This document shows positions 9,105-19,686 of a stretch of DNA of 64,000 nt, one piece after another; the stretch's first letter is position 1, and each line of letters begins with the position of its first letter. The stretch is from Negativicutes bacterium (GTDB taxonomy: Bacteria; Bacillota; Negativicutes; UBA1444): positions 128,001-192,000 of the forward strand of contig CAXXIN010000007.1 of the NCBI GenBank assembly GCA_963665275.2. Direction: 5' to 3'. A model generated the notes under the pieces. The model made no database searches. It worked only from the letters and a program-made list of their open reading frames with translations, and was not told the DNA's origin. The translations under genes and the position numbers were made by a program.

Positions 9105-12100
9105 CTAATGCTGTAGCAGCAACAGGACTTCCTCTTCAGGAATGGGGCGGCTGAACACAAAACCCTGAATGATATCGCACCCCAATAGTTTCAGTTTATC
9201 TGCCTGACTTTCACGCTCCACACCTTCAGCCACGACTTGTATATCGAGGGAATGCGCCATTTCGATGATAAAGCGCACAAATCGTTCCTGCGACGCATCT
9301 TCTAGAATCGGATCGATGAAGGATTTGTCGATCTTCAGTGTGTTGACAGGCAGATGTCGAAGGTAAGTCAGTGATGAGTAACCGGTTCCGAAGTCGTCCA
9401 AGGCTAAATGGACTCCCATTTTTTTTAGAATCAGTAGTTTTCGGGTGCTGTCTTCCATGGATTCGATGAGCACGTTTTCTGTGACCTCGATTTCGAGCTG
9501 AGCCGCGTCTATTCCCGTCTCTGTCAGACTGTCCTGGACCATGTCCACGAAATCTTCCGCTACCAACTGGCGAGGCGAAATATTGACAGCAACCCTGAGT
9601 CCAGGAAATCCATTTTCATTCAGCCGCTTCATGAATCGGCAGGCCTGGCGTAGAACATACTGGCCAATTGGGCGGATCAGGCCGCTTTGTTCGGCCAGCG
9701 GTATAAACCGCGCAGGAGATATGGCTCCATGTTCTGGTGAATTCCATCGCAGCAGGGCTTCGATCGCGACGATGTGTCCGTCGTTGCAGGTGAACTGCGG
9801 TTGAAAATGGAGGAAGAGTTCTTCCCTTTCAATCGCCTTGCGCAGGCTGTTGGTGAGAATCATCCGTTTGTACGATTCATCACCAATCGTGGGATCATAG
9901 AAACACCAGCAGTCTTTGCCCTTTGCTTTGGCGGCATACATCGCACTATCGGCATTTTTGAGAATATCTTCGGCGTTATCGCCGTCCTCCGGATAAAACG
10001 CAATGCCCAGACTGGCCGAAAGGTGGATATGTTCACCGGATACAGCATAGTCCATGCTGAGCATCTGAACCAGTTTATCCGCCAAGGTTGCTACTGTTTC
10101 ACGGGATCTTACCCCATAGAGATTGACGATAAATTCATCGCCGCCAATTCTGGAGACGAAAGTATCTGAATCCAGTACTGCAGCCCTGATCAAATGCCCA
10201 GCTGCAATGATGACAGCGTCGCCGAACGAGTGTCCATAATTGTCATTAACCAGCTTCAAGTCATCGATGTCGATGAAGATGACCGCTCCGCCGGAAGACT
10301 CCTTTTTCGCCCGGTTCATCTCGTTTTCGAGATGAACCGTCAGGGAATGACGATTCGCCAGACCTGTCAGCGTATCATGAAAAGCAAGGGACTGAGTTTC
10401 TTTATACAGATACGCGTTTTTTAACGCAATGGATGCCGCCCGGGCAAACTGATCCAGAACAGATAGTTGATCGTCGTCTATTTCAACAATTTCACCAAAT
10501 GTAGCCAACCCTATGACACCAATTGCTTTGCCGTCCATCATTAACGGCGCCTGAACCGCCGAGGTGATTTCATCAAAGAACGGGGCTGCGATCCGCTCAG
10601 GCCAGCCCTGATAATCTTCCAGATAAAAAACTTCTCCTGTCCTGATGACATGGGCTGCCAATCCGGTCAGAGGAATGATCGCGCCGTCCTTTTCTACATG
10701 CCGGCCTTTGACATTGGTGAATTTCAAAGTTTGCCCATCCGGCTGCAATAATAAAACGAACCCGCTGGCAATGCCGATCAGTTCCGAAGCCCTCTCCAGA
10801 ATTTCGCTCAGGATGGTTTCGATATCCAGCTGCCCGACCACAGAATTCGTGATTCGTGACAACGCCTGCAGCAACTGGTTTTGGCGCGTAATTTTCGACT
10901 GATTCACCGAACGTTCCAGCGCTACCGAAGCGAAATTTCCATATTGCCGCAAAATATCCAGTTCTTCCTGCGTCGGGCAACGAGGATTATCGACCCAGTT
11001 GGCGGACAGCACTCCCACAACCTTGCCGGCTTGGCGCAAGGGAACTGTGATGAGTGTCGTCATGCGTTCCATTGCCGCCACATTCAGGCGTTCAGGGTAG
11101 GTTCGATAATCTTCGACCCACATGACTTCCCCTGTTTGGAATACCTGACCGCGGACGCCGCCAATAGGCGATTGAGCAACTCCAATATAGGCCTCGGTAG
11201 TACCGAACGCATGATGGATAAAAAAGGCTTTCTTTCGTTCATCATACAGACCAATATACCCTTCCGGCGCTTTGATGAGTTGCAGCGCATCGCGTAGGAT
11301 AGTCTGCAGCAGTTCTTCGGTCTGATCCACCGGCTTTAAGAGAAAACTGGTAATCGCACGATACTGCCGCTCGCGGACGGACAGTTCTTCTTCTTTCTGC
11401 TGACGGATGGCGATTTCTTCTTCCAACTGTTGGTTAATGGTTTCGAGCACCTGATTGACGCTGGAGACCTCTTCGTTCATGGCGACCAGTTCCTCGTTGG
11501 CTGCTGATAGCTCCGCCGTCCTCTGATCCACCTGGGCCTCAAGTTGTTCTGTAAGTTTCTGCAAGGCCTCCTCGGCCTGTTTGCGCTCTGTAATATCGAT
11601 TCCGATTCCGGCGAAATAGGTCCTACCCCCGATCGTGAGCGGAACCGCCGTAAAGAACATGGGCAGAATCGTGCCATCCTTCTTCTTCAACCCGGCCTCA
11701 GCGTTGGCAAACCCGACCTGCATGGCTCGCTCAACTTCTTTGGAAATTCGTTCACTCGTCGCAGTATCGCCCTCGTACCAGTCCAGCAGATGCTTTTGGG
11801 CCATTTCCTCCGCCGAGTAGCCCGTCATCTCCTCGTGTTTCTTGTTCCAGCGAACGATCTTCCCTGAATCATCGTAAAGGTACAACATACCGGGCACACT
11901 GTCGAAAATGGCATCCGTGAGCGCCCGTTCAACACGCAGCGCTTCTTCGGTTTGTATGGACACAGTAATATCGCGGCCTACACCAATGATAGCCCGCGGG
12001 TTCCCAGCCTCATCACGCACCAGGTTATCCTGCCAGGCCAACCATCGCCACCCCTTGGCGGTCATGGCACGCTGTTCCAGATAGCAGTGATACGGTGGGC

Positions 12101-12329
12101 TAAATATAGTTGAAACCGCATTCGCAGTTGCCGCTCTATCGTCTTCATGCACAAGAGGCATGAATTTTTTGCCCAGCAAATCCTCTGCCGGGATACCGAA
12201 AGTCTGGCAATAAGAGGGACTCACATAAAGAAATCTTCCTTCCAAATCGACCTTCACTACCAAGTCAGTCTGGTTTTCCACCAGTAAACGGAAGTCTTCT
12301 TCATTGCCAAGAAAGTTCGAGTGTGTCAA
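9105..12329 (-). CDS. PAS-PAS-GAF-GAF-GGDEF-EAL diguanylate cyclase/phosphodiesterase
   Basis: Intact RIGGDEF, EALLRW and DDFGTGYSS motifs. Confidence 0.95.
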   Translation of the reverse strand: MTHSNFLGNEEDFRLLVENQTDLVVKVDLEGRFLYVSPSYCQTFGIPAEDLLGKKFMPLVHEDDRAATANAVSTIFSPPYHCYLEQRAMTAKGWRWLAWQDNLVRDEAGNPRAIIGVGRDITVSIQTEEALRVERALTDAIFDSVPGMLYLYDDSGKIVRWNKKHEEMTGYSAEEMAQKHLLDWYEGDTATSERISKEVERAMQVGFANAEAGLKKKDGTILPMFFTAVPLTIGGRTYFAGIGIDITERKQAEEALQKLTEQLEAQVDQRTAELSAANEELVAMNEEVSSVNQVLETINQQLEEEIAIRQQKEEELSVRERQYRAITSFLLKPVDQTEELLQTILRDALQLIKAPEGYIGLYDERKKAFFIHHAFGTTEAYIGVAQSPIGGVRGQVFQTGEVMWVEDYRTYPERLNVAAMERMTTLITVPLRQAGKVVGVLSANWVDNPRCPTQEELDILRQYGNFASVALERSVNQSKITRQNQLLQALSRITNSVVGQLDIETILSEILERASELIGIASGFVLLLQPDGQTLKFTNVKGRHVEKDGAIIPLTGLAAHVIRTGEVFYLEDYQGWPERIAAPFFDEITSAVQAPLMMDGKAIGVIGLATFGEIVEIDDDQLSVLDQFARAASIALKNAYLYKETQSLAFHDTLTGLANRHSLTVHLENEMNRAKKESSGGAVIFIDIDDLKLVNDNYGHSFGDAVIIAAGHLIRAAVLDSDTFVSRIGGDEFIVNLYGVRSRETVATLADKLVQMLSMDYAVSGEHIHLSASLGIAFYPEDGDNAEDILKNADSAMYAAKAKGKDCWCFYDPTIGDESYKRMILTNSLRKAIEREELFLHFQPQFTCNDGHIVAIEALLRWNSPEHGAISPARFIPLAEQSGLIRPIGQYVLRQACRFMKRLNENGFPGLRVAVNISPRQLVAEDFVDMVQDSLTETGIDAAQLEIEVTENVLIESMEDSTRKLLILKKMGVHLALDDFGTGYSSLTYLRHLPVNTLKIDKSFIDPILEDASQERFVRFIIEMAHSLDIQVVAEGVERESQADKLKLLGCDIIQGFVFSRPIPEEEVLLLLQH

Positions 12330-12383
12330 ACCCTCAGCTCCTTCGGTTTTCCTGCGAATACAAAGAAAAATCTATTCCAAAGG

Positions 12384-13257
12384 TCAGAACTCCACCGATG
12401 TGCCGCAGAAGGCAGGGATAAACTTCTCGCCGAATATCTGGGAGAGTCTCGCCATAACCGCAAACCCGGTACAATGGTTGGAAGCGATGAAATCAGGATT
12501 GAACCATTCGAGCGCTGCCAATGTGGCATTTTTTTGCGGATCGGAGGTGGGTCCCAGATGTGTGCCGCCCAGCAATCCATGGACTTTGATGGAGCCGGTC
12601 AGTTTCAAGCCATGATTCACCATATTGATGATTCCGGAGTGTGCGCAGCCCCCCAGCACCACGAGGCCCTTGCTGCAGCGGATATAAATGGCCATATCAT
12701 CCGTCAGCGGGTCACTGTGGAAGGGATCCTGGAGCTCACCGCCATCACAGTCGCAATCGGTGTCGGCCACTACCAGATGTGCATCCCCTTCTTCGTAAGC
12801 CGTCTCGCGCGGAACCGGACCGCTGATCCAGAGATTCGGGACCAATTCCTGCGGCTCTTCCACGCTGCGAAAATCCGCACCCAGACTCACCAGATATTCG
12901 CGGGTAAAGGGTACGCCAACAAAACGGCAGTTGTTGCCGGTCACCGAGTACCGGGGGGTGAAGATATCCGGGTGACTGAATACCGGGATTTTTTTCGCCG
13001 CCATCTTCAGCAGGTCGGCTAATCCACCGGTATGGTCATAATGTCCGTGGCTCAGAACGATGGCATCCAGTTCCCTCGGGTGGATACCCAGCAGGCCCAA
13101 ATTATGCACCACTACATCGGAGGGACCGGCGTCAAACAAAATGCGATTCGTTCCCTGTCTCGATCAATACCGCTAGGCCATGTTCCCCGCGGAACGGCGC
13201 TTTGGCTCCCGGTGGAACATTATTGTCAACAACAACAGTAACTTTCAACGAATTCAT
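12384..13257 (-). pseudogene. MBL-fold metallo-hydrolase with a +1 frameshift near 13154 (pseudogene or sequencing error)
   Basis: MNSLKVTVVVDN...GEHGLAVLIE in one frame; RILFDAG...SHGHYDHTGG...GCAHSG...HCTG in the next. Confidence 0.8.
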
Positions 13258-13353
13258 CCCCTTTCCAGAATATTTAAATTGGCTCTGCGGGGTTAAAATT
13301 CCTGCAAAAAAATGCCTTTCCCGCTAAGAAACTTATACTTTCTCGTATGGACA

Positions 13354-13383
13354 AAAAACCTGCGGCGATTCACCGCAGGTTTT
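13354..13383 (-). terminator. Intrinsic terminator after kdgK
   Basis: AAAACCTGCGG-loop-CCGCAGGTTTT. Confidence 0.8.
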
Positions 13384-13423
13384 GCATCGGTTCTGTGCGT
13401 CAGGGGCGGATCATGCGGAGCGG

Positions 13424-14446
13424 CTAACGCTGGACGCGGCCCGAGCCGTCACCCGCCATAAGCGCCTTGACTTCAGCCAGCGTGACGTGATTGTGATCAC
13501 CTTCAACACTGTGTTTCAGGCAGGAATTCGCCACCGCAAACTCCAGCGTTTCCTGCGGCGCCATGTTATTGAGCATGGCAAAAATCAGACCGCCGGCGAA
13601 TGAGTCGCCGCCGCCGACCCGATCGATGATGTGCACTGGATATTCACGGGAGAAATAATGGACGCCGTCGACGAACAGCATCGCGGCCCAAGTATTGTCC
13701 GAAGCCGAGATGCTGCCGCGCAGGGTGATGGCAACCGATTTAAATCCGAATCGGTCGGTCAGTTGTTTGGCAACATCCTTGTACCCGTCATGGCTGAGAG
13801 ACGCGCTCGTGACATCTGTACTGTGCGCCTTGATGCCGAATACTTTGTCGGCATCCTCCTCGTTGGCAATGCAGACGTCGACAAACGGCATGAACTGCGC
13901 CATCGTCTGACCGGCTTGTTCACTGGTCCAGAGGTTTTTGCGGAAATTCAGGTCGCAGCTGACAGTCAGGCCGGCAGCTTTGGCAGCCTTGCAGGCGTCA
14001 AGCACACATTCGGCGACATTTTCGCCCAGCGCCGGCGTAATTCCGGTAAAATGGAACCAGGTAGCGCCTGCAAAGATCTGCTTCCAGTCAAAGTCGGCCT
14101 TTTTCGCAGTTGAGATCGACGAAAGTTTGCGGTCGTAGACCACCTTGGACGGCCGTTGGGAAGCGCCTTTCTCCAGGAAATAGATGCCGAGACGCTCACC
14201 GCCGCGGAGCATCCAACGGGTATCGACACCATAACGGCGCATTTCGTTTACGGCCGACTGTCCAATCGGGTTATCCGGAATGCGGGTCACCAACCCGGCA
14301 TCAATGCCGAAATTCGCCAACGCCACGCACACATTGGCTTCACCACCGCCATAGACCACTTCCAGCGCCGCAGCCTGCTCGAATCGCAGATAGCCGGGAG
14401 GCGCCAGTCGGAGCATGATTTCCCCAAAACATACAACTTGTGACAT
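13424..14446 (-). CDS. kdgK: 2-keto-3-deoxygluconate kinase (PfkB family)
   Basis: FGEIMLRL, GGGEAN, DRVGGGDSFAGG; next to eda. Confidence 0.9.
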   Translation of the reverse strand: MSQVVCFGEIMLRLAPPGYLRFEQAAALEVVYGGGEANVCVALANFGIDAGLVTRIPDNPIGQSAVNEMRRYGVDTRWMLRGGERLGIYFLEKGASQRPSKVVYDRKLSSISTAKKADFDWKQIFAGATWFHFTGITPALGENVAECVLDACKAAKAAGLTVSCDLNFRKNLWTSEQAGQTMAQFMPFVDVCIANEEDADKVFGIKAHSTDVTSASLSHDGYKDVAKQLTDRFGFKSVAITLRGSISASDNTWAAMLFVDGVHYFSREYPVHIIDRVGGGDSFAGGLIFAMLNNMAPQETLEFAVANSCLKHSVEGDHNHVTLAEVKALMAGDGSGRVQR

Positions 14447-14459
14447 TATTTCGCGCCTC

Positions 14460-15107
14460 CTATTTTTCCCGCGCTTGGCGGACTTTTTCTACGAATTGCC
14501 GGCCGATGTCGGTGATGGACTGATAATCCCCTTTCTTGGCGCCGGCTGTTAAATTTCCACCTACGCCAACCGCTACGCAGCCGGCTTTGATCCACTCGGA
14601 AACGTTTTCCAGACTCACGCCGCCGGTCGGCATCAACGGAGCCTGCGGCAACGGTCCTTTCACGGCTTTAACGAAAGTCGGCCCCAGGGTTTCGCCCGGG
14701 AATACCTTGACGATGTCGGCGCCTGCTTCCATCGCTTCGATGATTTCCTTGATCGTCTGTGCTCCCGGCATACAGGGAACCTGATAACGGTTGCACAACT
14801 TCACCGTTTCCACGTTAAGCGAGGGACATACGATATATTGGGCTCCGGCGAGGATCGCCAAGCGTGCGGTTTCGGGGTCCAGCACCGTGCCGGCGCCTAG
14901 TATCAGCTCGCCTGACTTGTAGGTGGCTGCCAATTCCTTGATCACGTCGGCTGCGCCCGGAACGGTGAACGTGATCTCGATCGCCGCGACCCCGCCTTTG
15001 ATGCAGGCATCGGCGATTTTCTTCGCCTGATCGGCATTTTCAGCCCTCACTACGGCAACCACACCTGAAGCCATCAACTGCTCCAACAATTTCAATTTCG
15101 GAATCAT
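14460..15107 (-). CDS. eda: KDPG/KHG aldolase
   Basis: VAVVRA, EITFT, GAGTVLD, KVFPG, MPTGGV. Confidence 0.95.
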   Translation of the reverse strand: MIPKLKLLEQLMASGVVAVVRAENADQAKKIADACIKGGVAAIEITFTVPGAADVIKELAATYKSGELILGAGTVLDPETARLAILAGAQYIVCPSLNVETVKLCNRYQVPCMPGAQTIKEIIEAMEAGADIVKVFPGETLGPTFVKAVKGPLPQAPLMPTGGVSLENVSEWIKAGCVAVGVGGNLTAGAKKGDYQSITDIGRQFVEKVRQAREK

Positions 15108-15128
15108 ATTATCTCCTCCTTATTTTAA

Positions 15129-15140
15129 TAAACCGGTTTT
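15129..15140. promoter_or_regulatory. LacI-family operator upstream of eda-kdgK
   Basis: Palindrome AAACCGGTTT with central CG just before the eda SD; adjacent LacI gene. Confidence 0.65.
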
Positions 15141-15201
15141 GTAAATTTCTATTTCTCCACGAAAATCAAAAAATCCTGCTACAAATCACTAATAGTGAAA
15201 A

Positions 15202-16230
15202 TTACTCCCCTTTTTCGCCGCACGAACTGCGAATGATCAGCGTCGGTTCATAGTATTCCAGGGACGGTTGCACATCCTCCAGTTCACCCCGGATTCGCTG
15301 GACCAATCTCTCTGTAGCCCGACGCCCCATTTCATAGGATGGTTGGGCCACAACCGTTATCGGCGTGAGCAGGTAAGGCGCCCACTCCCAATCATCGAAG
15401 CCCATTACGGCCATATCTTGAGGAATGCGGATATGCCGATTCGTAAGCAGCCGCACCAGAGACATCGTCATCAGGTCATTAGCGCCAAACAACGCTGTCG
15501 GTCGGGGTCCGGGACCTTGAAGAAGCCGGTCCAGTCGCTCGGAAAGAACGGTCTCTTCATTGGCTGTCTCGACCAGCCATTCCTCATGGAAAGGCAATCC
15601 ATACTCCTGCATGAAATCCCGATAAGCCTGCGTTCTGTCGCGTCTGGGCGTCACCGGACTTTCGCTGTAGGGAAGCACAAAAAAAGCGATCCGGCTATGC
15701 CCCTGCGCCATCAGATGGCGGATTCCCATTCCGATTCCGGCACGGTTATCCACGGTTACCGTGTCGACGCCAATCTCCGGCACGTGACGCGAAAACAGCA
15801 CGACTGGCGTTCCGTTGGCGTTCAGTTCCCGCAGAACCTCGTTATTTCGCCCGGTTGTACTGATGAGGATGCCGTCGATCTGCTTGGATTCCAGCGTATG
15901 GAGGTATTCCAGTTCCTGCTGAGGATCATCGTCCGCATTGCACAGGATCAAGTGAAAGCCCGCTTCCTTGCAATAGTCTTCCGCTCCCCGGATCGTATTG
16001 GTCATGAAAGGGTTCAGGATACTGGAGACGACGGCCGCTATGGTATGCGTCTTTTTTTGTTTGAGGCTTCGCGCCAGCGCATTGGGGCGATATTCCATCT
16101 CCGCGATAACCTCTTTGATCCGCTGCCGTGTTTCCACACTCATATACTCGTATCTCCCGTTGAGATACTGTGATACCGTGCTTTTGGAAACCCCAGCCGC
16201 ACGGGCTACATCATTGATTGTTACTGCCAA
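15202..16230 (-). CDS. LacI-family regulator (KdgR-like)
   Basis: TINDVARAAGVSKSTVS helix-turn-helix, YRPNALARSL hinge. Confidence 0.93.
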   Translation of the reverse strand: MAVTINDVARAAGVSKSTVSQYLNGRYEYMSVETRQRIKEVIAEMEYRPNALARSLKQKKTHTIAAVVSSILNPFMTNTIRGAEDYCKEAGFHLILCNADDDPQQELEYLHTLESKQIDGILISTTGRNNEVLRELNANGTPVVLFSRHVPEIGVDTVTVDNRAGIGMGIRHLMAQGHSRIAFFVLPYSESPVTPRRDRTQAYRDFMQEYGLPFHEEWLVETANEETVLSERLDRLLQGPGPRPTALFGANDLMTMSLVRLLTNRHIRIPQDMAVMGFDDWEWAPYLLTPITVVAQPSYEMGRRATERLVQRIRGELEDVQPSLEYYEPTLIIRSSCGEKGE

Positions 16231-16306
16231 TCCAGCTACACCTTCTTCCTGTTTCAGCTTATGCCGATTTCGGGATTCTAATGCAAAATTCGTGCTGCGA
16301 TCCCAT

Positions 16307-17041
16307 TCATGCCGGCGTATTTAGCCCTCTTGCCGCCTCTTGATCCAGGAGCCAGAGCATTTGTCGGGCTGCTTTGATTTTTCCGGCCGGATACTCTGGT
16401 CCCTTTTCCCCTCCGCCCAGCACGGCTTCAAGCAAATATCTCTTATCCGCACCGGTTACCAGGAACAGGATCGTATCGGTCGCATTCAACAATGGGAGTG
16501 TCAGGCTGATTCTCTGCCTCACACCAGTTGGCGACAGCGTCGCTGCGACCCAATGTGTCATCTCTCCGAGCGCAGGGCTGCCTGGGAACAGGGATGCTGT
16601 ATGTCCGTCGGTTCCCATTCCCAACACCGTCAGATCCAGAGCAGCTCCCAGGCCAAGGGTTCCCCTTAGTTTGGCCTCATACGATGCGACCGCTTCGGCA
16701 GGCTCCAACCCTTCGGTGGGAATCCCATGCACCTGCGCCGTATTCACCGGAACTTTTGAGAACAACGCCTCATAGGCCACGCCAAAATTACTGTCGGGAT
16801 GATCATACGGAACCCAGCGTTCATCGACCCAAAACCAGTGAATCCGGTCCCAGAGTATCCGCTCCCGCCAGGGACTCTGCGTCAGCCGCTCATAAACGGC
16901 CACCGGAGTACGGCCGCCGGACAAGGCCGCACAAGCCGTTCCCTTTGCAGACACTGCCGCTTCCAATACCCGCGTGATTTCTTCCGCAGCGTCGTCTATC
17001 CAGGCGCGGATATCCGGCGCAACCTTTACAACAGTCGCCAT
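16307..17041 (-). CDS. pgl: 6-phosphogluconolactonase
   Basis: LSGGRTP, DERWVP..HPDSN, LGMGTDGHTASLFP. Confidence 0.95.
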   Translation of the reverse strand: MATVVKVAPDIRAWIDDAAEEITRVLEAAVSAKGTACAALSGGRTPVAVYERLTQSPWRERILWDRIHWFWVDERWVPYDHPDSNFGVAYEALFSKVPVNTAQVHGIPTEGLEPAEAVASYEAKLRGTLGLGAALDLTVLGMGTDGHTASLFPGSPALGEMTHWVAATLSPTGVRQRISLTLPLLNATDTILFLVTGADKRYLLEAVLGGGEKGPEYPAGKIKAARQMLWLLDQEAARGLNTPA

Positions 17042-18576
17042 GACCTGCCATCCTTCCGCAAAAGCTCCTCAGCTGCTGTTGGTCCAAATTCTCCAGCCGG
17101 ATACGAGTGTAGCGGAGATGATCCGCCCGGTTCCTGCCACGCCGCCATCACCGGCGCCAAAATCGACCAGGCAAGCTCCACTTCTTCCTTTTGCACGAAC
17201 AAAGTCTGATCACTGGCCATACAGTCGAGCAGCAAGCGTTCGTAAGCATCAGGGGAAGCCTCATGACAAACATCCCGGTAATCAAAGTCCATCGATAGGG
17301 CGCTGATGCAGTTTTTGGCGCCGGGCCGTTTGGCTTCCAGCGTCAGACCCATCCCCTCCGCCGGTTGAATCTTCAGGACCAGCGTGTTCGCCGTCAATTG
17401 CTCCGGTGTCATCGGACTGAACATCGAGTGCGGCACGCGTCGAAAAACGACGGCGATCTCGCTGACCCGCCGGTTCCAGCGCTTGCCTGAGCGAAGGTAA
17501 AACGGCACTCCTTCCCAGCGCCAATTGTCGATCATCACCTTCAGCGCGGCTGTCGTTTCCACCTGGGACTCAGGATTGACCCCCGCTTCCTGCGTATATC
17601 CCGGCACGCTCTTCTCGTCGATAATTCCTGCCGTATATTGACCCCGCACCGCAAAGTCATGCAGTGTTTCGCATGTAAACGGCCGAATTGCCCGCAACAG
17701 TTTCAGCTTCTCTTCCCGATAACGCTCGGCGCTAAATTCCGCCGGCGGTTCCATCGCCACCAGGGACAGCATCTGCAGCATATGATTCTGGAACATGTCG
17801 CGCAAAGTTCCGGCCTGTTCATAATACTGAGCCCGCGAACCGACCCCGTCCGACTCTCCGACGGTGATTTGCACATGATCAATAAATTGCCGGTTCCAGA
17901 CCGATTCGAAAACAATGTTGGCAAAGCGCAGCACCAAGATGTTTTGTACGGTTTCTTTGCCCAGATAATGGTCGATGCGATAGATCTGGGATTCCTGCCA
18001 GTACTCGGCAAGGGCGGCCGTGAGCACGGATGCGCTGGCGCTATCATGTCCGAACGGTTTTTCGATGACCAGATGGGGCCAATGACCTGGTCCTGGAATT
18101 TCACGAGCCAGTCCCATCTGTCCCAGGCTCCGGGTAATGGGCAAAATCAAATTGGGAGGCGTCGAAAGATAGAACATGCGCCGCCCACCCGTCCCCTGAC
18201 ATCTTTCCAGCTCTGCCAGACGCTCGGCAAGACGCTGATAAGTTGCGGCATCATCATAAGCAATTTCCAGATAAAACAGATGCCGGTTAAAAGCCGCGCT
18301 GGCGGCAGCCGCATCATTATCCGAACGATTCAGGAGATCCTCGATATTCTTGCGGTAGGAATCATCAGTCATTTGGGCCCGGGCGCAACCGAGCACAAAA
18401 AAATGTTCCGGCAGGAGACCCCGACGGAACAAATTAAACAAAGACGGTATTAACTTACGATGGGTCAGATCGCCGGACGCTCCGAATATAACGATAGCGC
18501 AGTCGTCGGCCTTGACTTCCAGACAGTATTCGGCCCGCGCCTCATCGAATTGCACAATCTCGCGGGAAGTTACCAT
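17026..18576 (-). CDS. zwf: Glucose-6-phosphate 1-dehydrogenase
   Basis: GASGDL, EKPFG, RIDHYLGKE. Confidence 0.97.
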   Translation of the reverse strand: MVTSREIVQFDEARAEYCLEVKADDCAIVIFGASGDLTHRKLIPSLFNLFRRGLLPEHFFVLGCARAQMTDDSYRKNIEDLLNRSDNDAAAASAAFNRHLFYLEIAYDDAATYQRLAERLAELERCQGTGGRRMFYLSTPPNLILPITRSLGQMGLAREIPGPGHWPHLVIEKPFGHDSASASVLTAALAEYWQESQIYRIDHYLGKETVQNILVLRFANIVFESVWNRQFIDHVQITVGESDGVGSRAQYYEQAGTLRDMFQNHMLQMLSLVAMEPPAEFSAERYREEKLKLLRAIRPFTCETLHDFAVRGQYTAGIIDEKSVPGYTQEAGVNPESQVETTAALKVMIDNWRWEGVPFYLRSGKRWNRRVSEIAVVFRRVPHSMFSPMTPEQLTANTLVLKIQPAEGMGLTLEAKRPGAKNCISALSMDFDYRDVCHEASPDAYERLLLDCMASDQTLFVQKEEVELAWSILAPVMAAWQEPGGSSPLHSYPAGEFGPTAAEELLRKDGRSWRLL

Positions 18577-18669
18577 GAATACACCCCCTGCGCCTCACCA
18601 TCGGCTGCAATGGATAGTATTCCACGGGAACAGGCAAAAACCTGCAGCCATGATAATTCAGCAACGGGA

Positions 18670-19374
18670 TTATTCCCCTCGGCTCCGCTCGTTAACCCGA
18701 ACGGGAATGAGTACCGGTCGATTCTTCAGCCACCCACTTCCGAGCACGCCAGCCACTGCAGACGCCATGACCATCCACTGGATCGCAGGAGTCGGATCGA
18801 ACCAGGCCGCCACCAAGGGCTCGCCGACGATCATCTTGGCTGCAGTCCATGCGAGGATACCGGACCCGATATAGATGACCACCGGATATTTTTCCACACA
18901 GGTGATAAAGAAGGTACTTCCCCAGACGATGATCGGGACACTAATCAAAAGACCCATTACGACCAGAAGCATATTGCCGTGCGCAGCGCCGGCAATACCC
19001 AATACATTGTCGATCCCCATCACTGCATCCGCCACGACGATCGTACGAACCGCCGCTATCAAGCTGTCTTTCGCATCGATCTCATGTCGGTTTTTCTGAT
19101 CTTCCGCCAATAATTTATAGGCGATCCAGATCAGCAGAAACCCTCCGGCCAACAGCAGCCCAGGAATCTGCAACAGCCACACTACGCCGCCCGTAGCGGC
19201 CATTCTAACCAATACGGCGCCGCCCATACCGAGCAAAATGGTTTTGCGCCGTTGTTCGCGAGGAACGTTGCGTGCCGCCATGCCGATTACAATGGCGTTA
19301 TCTCCCGCCAGCACCAAATCGATCATGACCACCGCGAACAAACCCAACAGAAAATCGCCGGAAAACAGAAACAT
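18670..19374 (-). CDS. TerC family membrane protein (YjbE-like)
   Basis: IDLVLAGDNAIVI, ADAVMGIDNVL; downstream of a Mn riboswitch. Confidence 0.92.
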   Translation of the reverse strand: MFLFSGDFLLGLFAVVMIDLVLAGDNAIVIGMAARNVPREQRRKTILLGMGGAVLVRMAATGGVVWLLQIPGLLLAGGFLLIWIAYKLLAEDQKNRHEIDAKDSLIAAVRTIVVADAVMGIDNVLGIAGAAHGNMLLVVMGLLISVPIIVWGSTFFITCVEKYPVVIYIGSGILAWTAAKMIVGEPLVAAWFDPTPAIQWMVMASAVAGVLGSGWLKNRPVLIPVRVNERSRGE

Positions 19375-19454
19375 TGCTGATAACCCCTTTCTCACTTACA
19401 GTTCTCTTAGCAATAGTGTTCCCCGTCATAGCCGGTTCACCTATGGCTGCAAAC

Positions 19455-19566
19455 AAAAAGACCTCGTTCCGCTTGGAACAAGGTCTTGCCTACAACCATC
19501 AAGCTGCCAACAGAACCGGGGTTACCCCGTCTTGACGATTCTGTTGTCCCGGCTACTCCCCCTGTA
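19455..19566 (-). ncRNA. yybP-ykoY (Mn2+) riboswitch with terminator
   Basis: AGGGGAGTAGC...CGTCAAGAC...GGCAAGACCTT, then hairpin GACCTTGTTCC/GGAACGAGGTC and a U tract, ahead of TerC. Confidence 0.9.
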
Positions 19567-19686
19567 GAGGGTATAGTCTTTATTCAGTTATAGTTTGATT
19601 CTAATTTAAAATTCTCAGCCTGTCAATAGAAAGCTGTTGTTCATAGAACTTTCACTGCCCCATCTCCGGTTGCACCACATAAGCAA

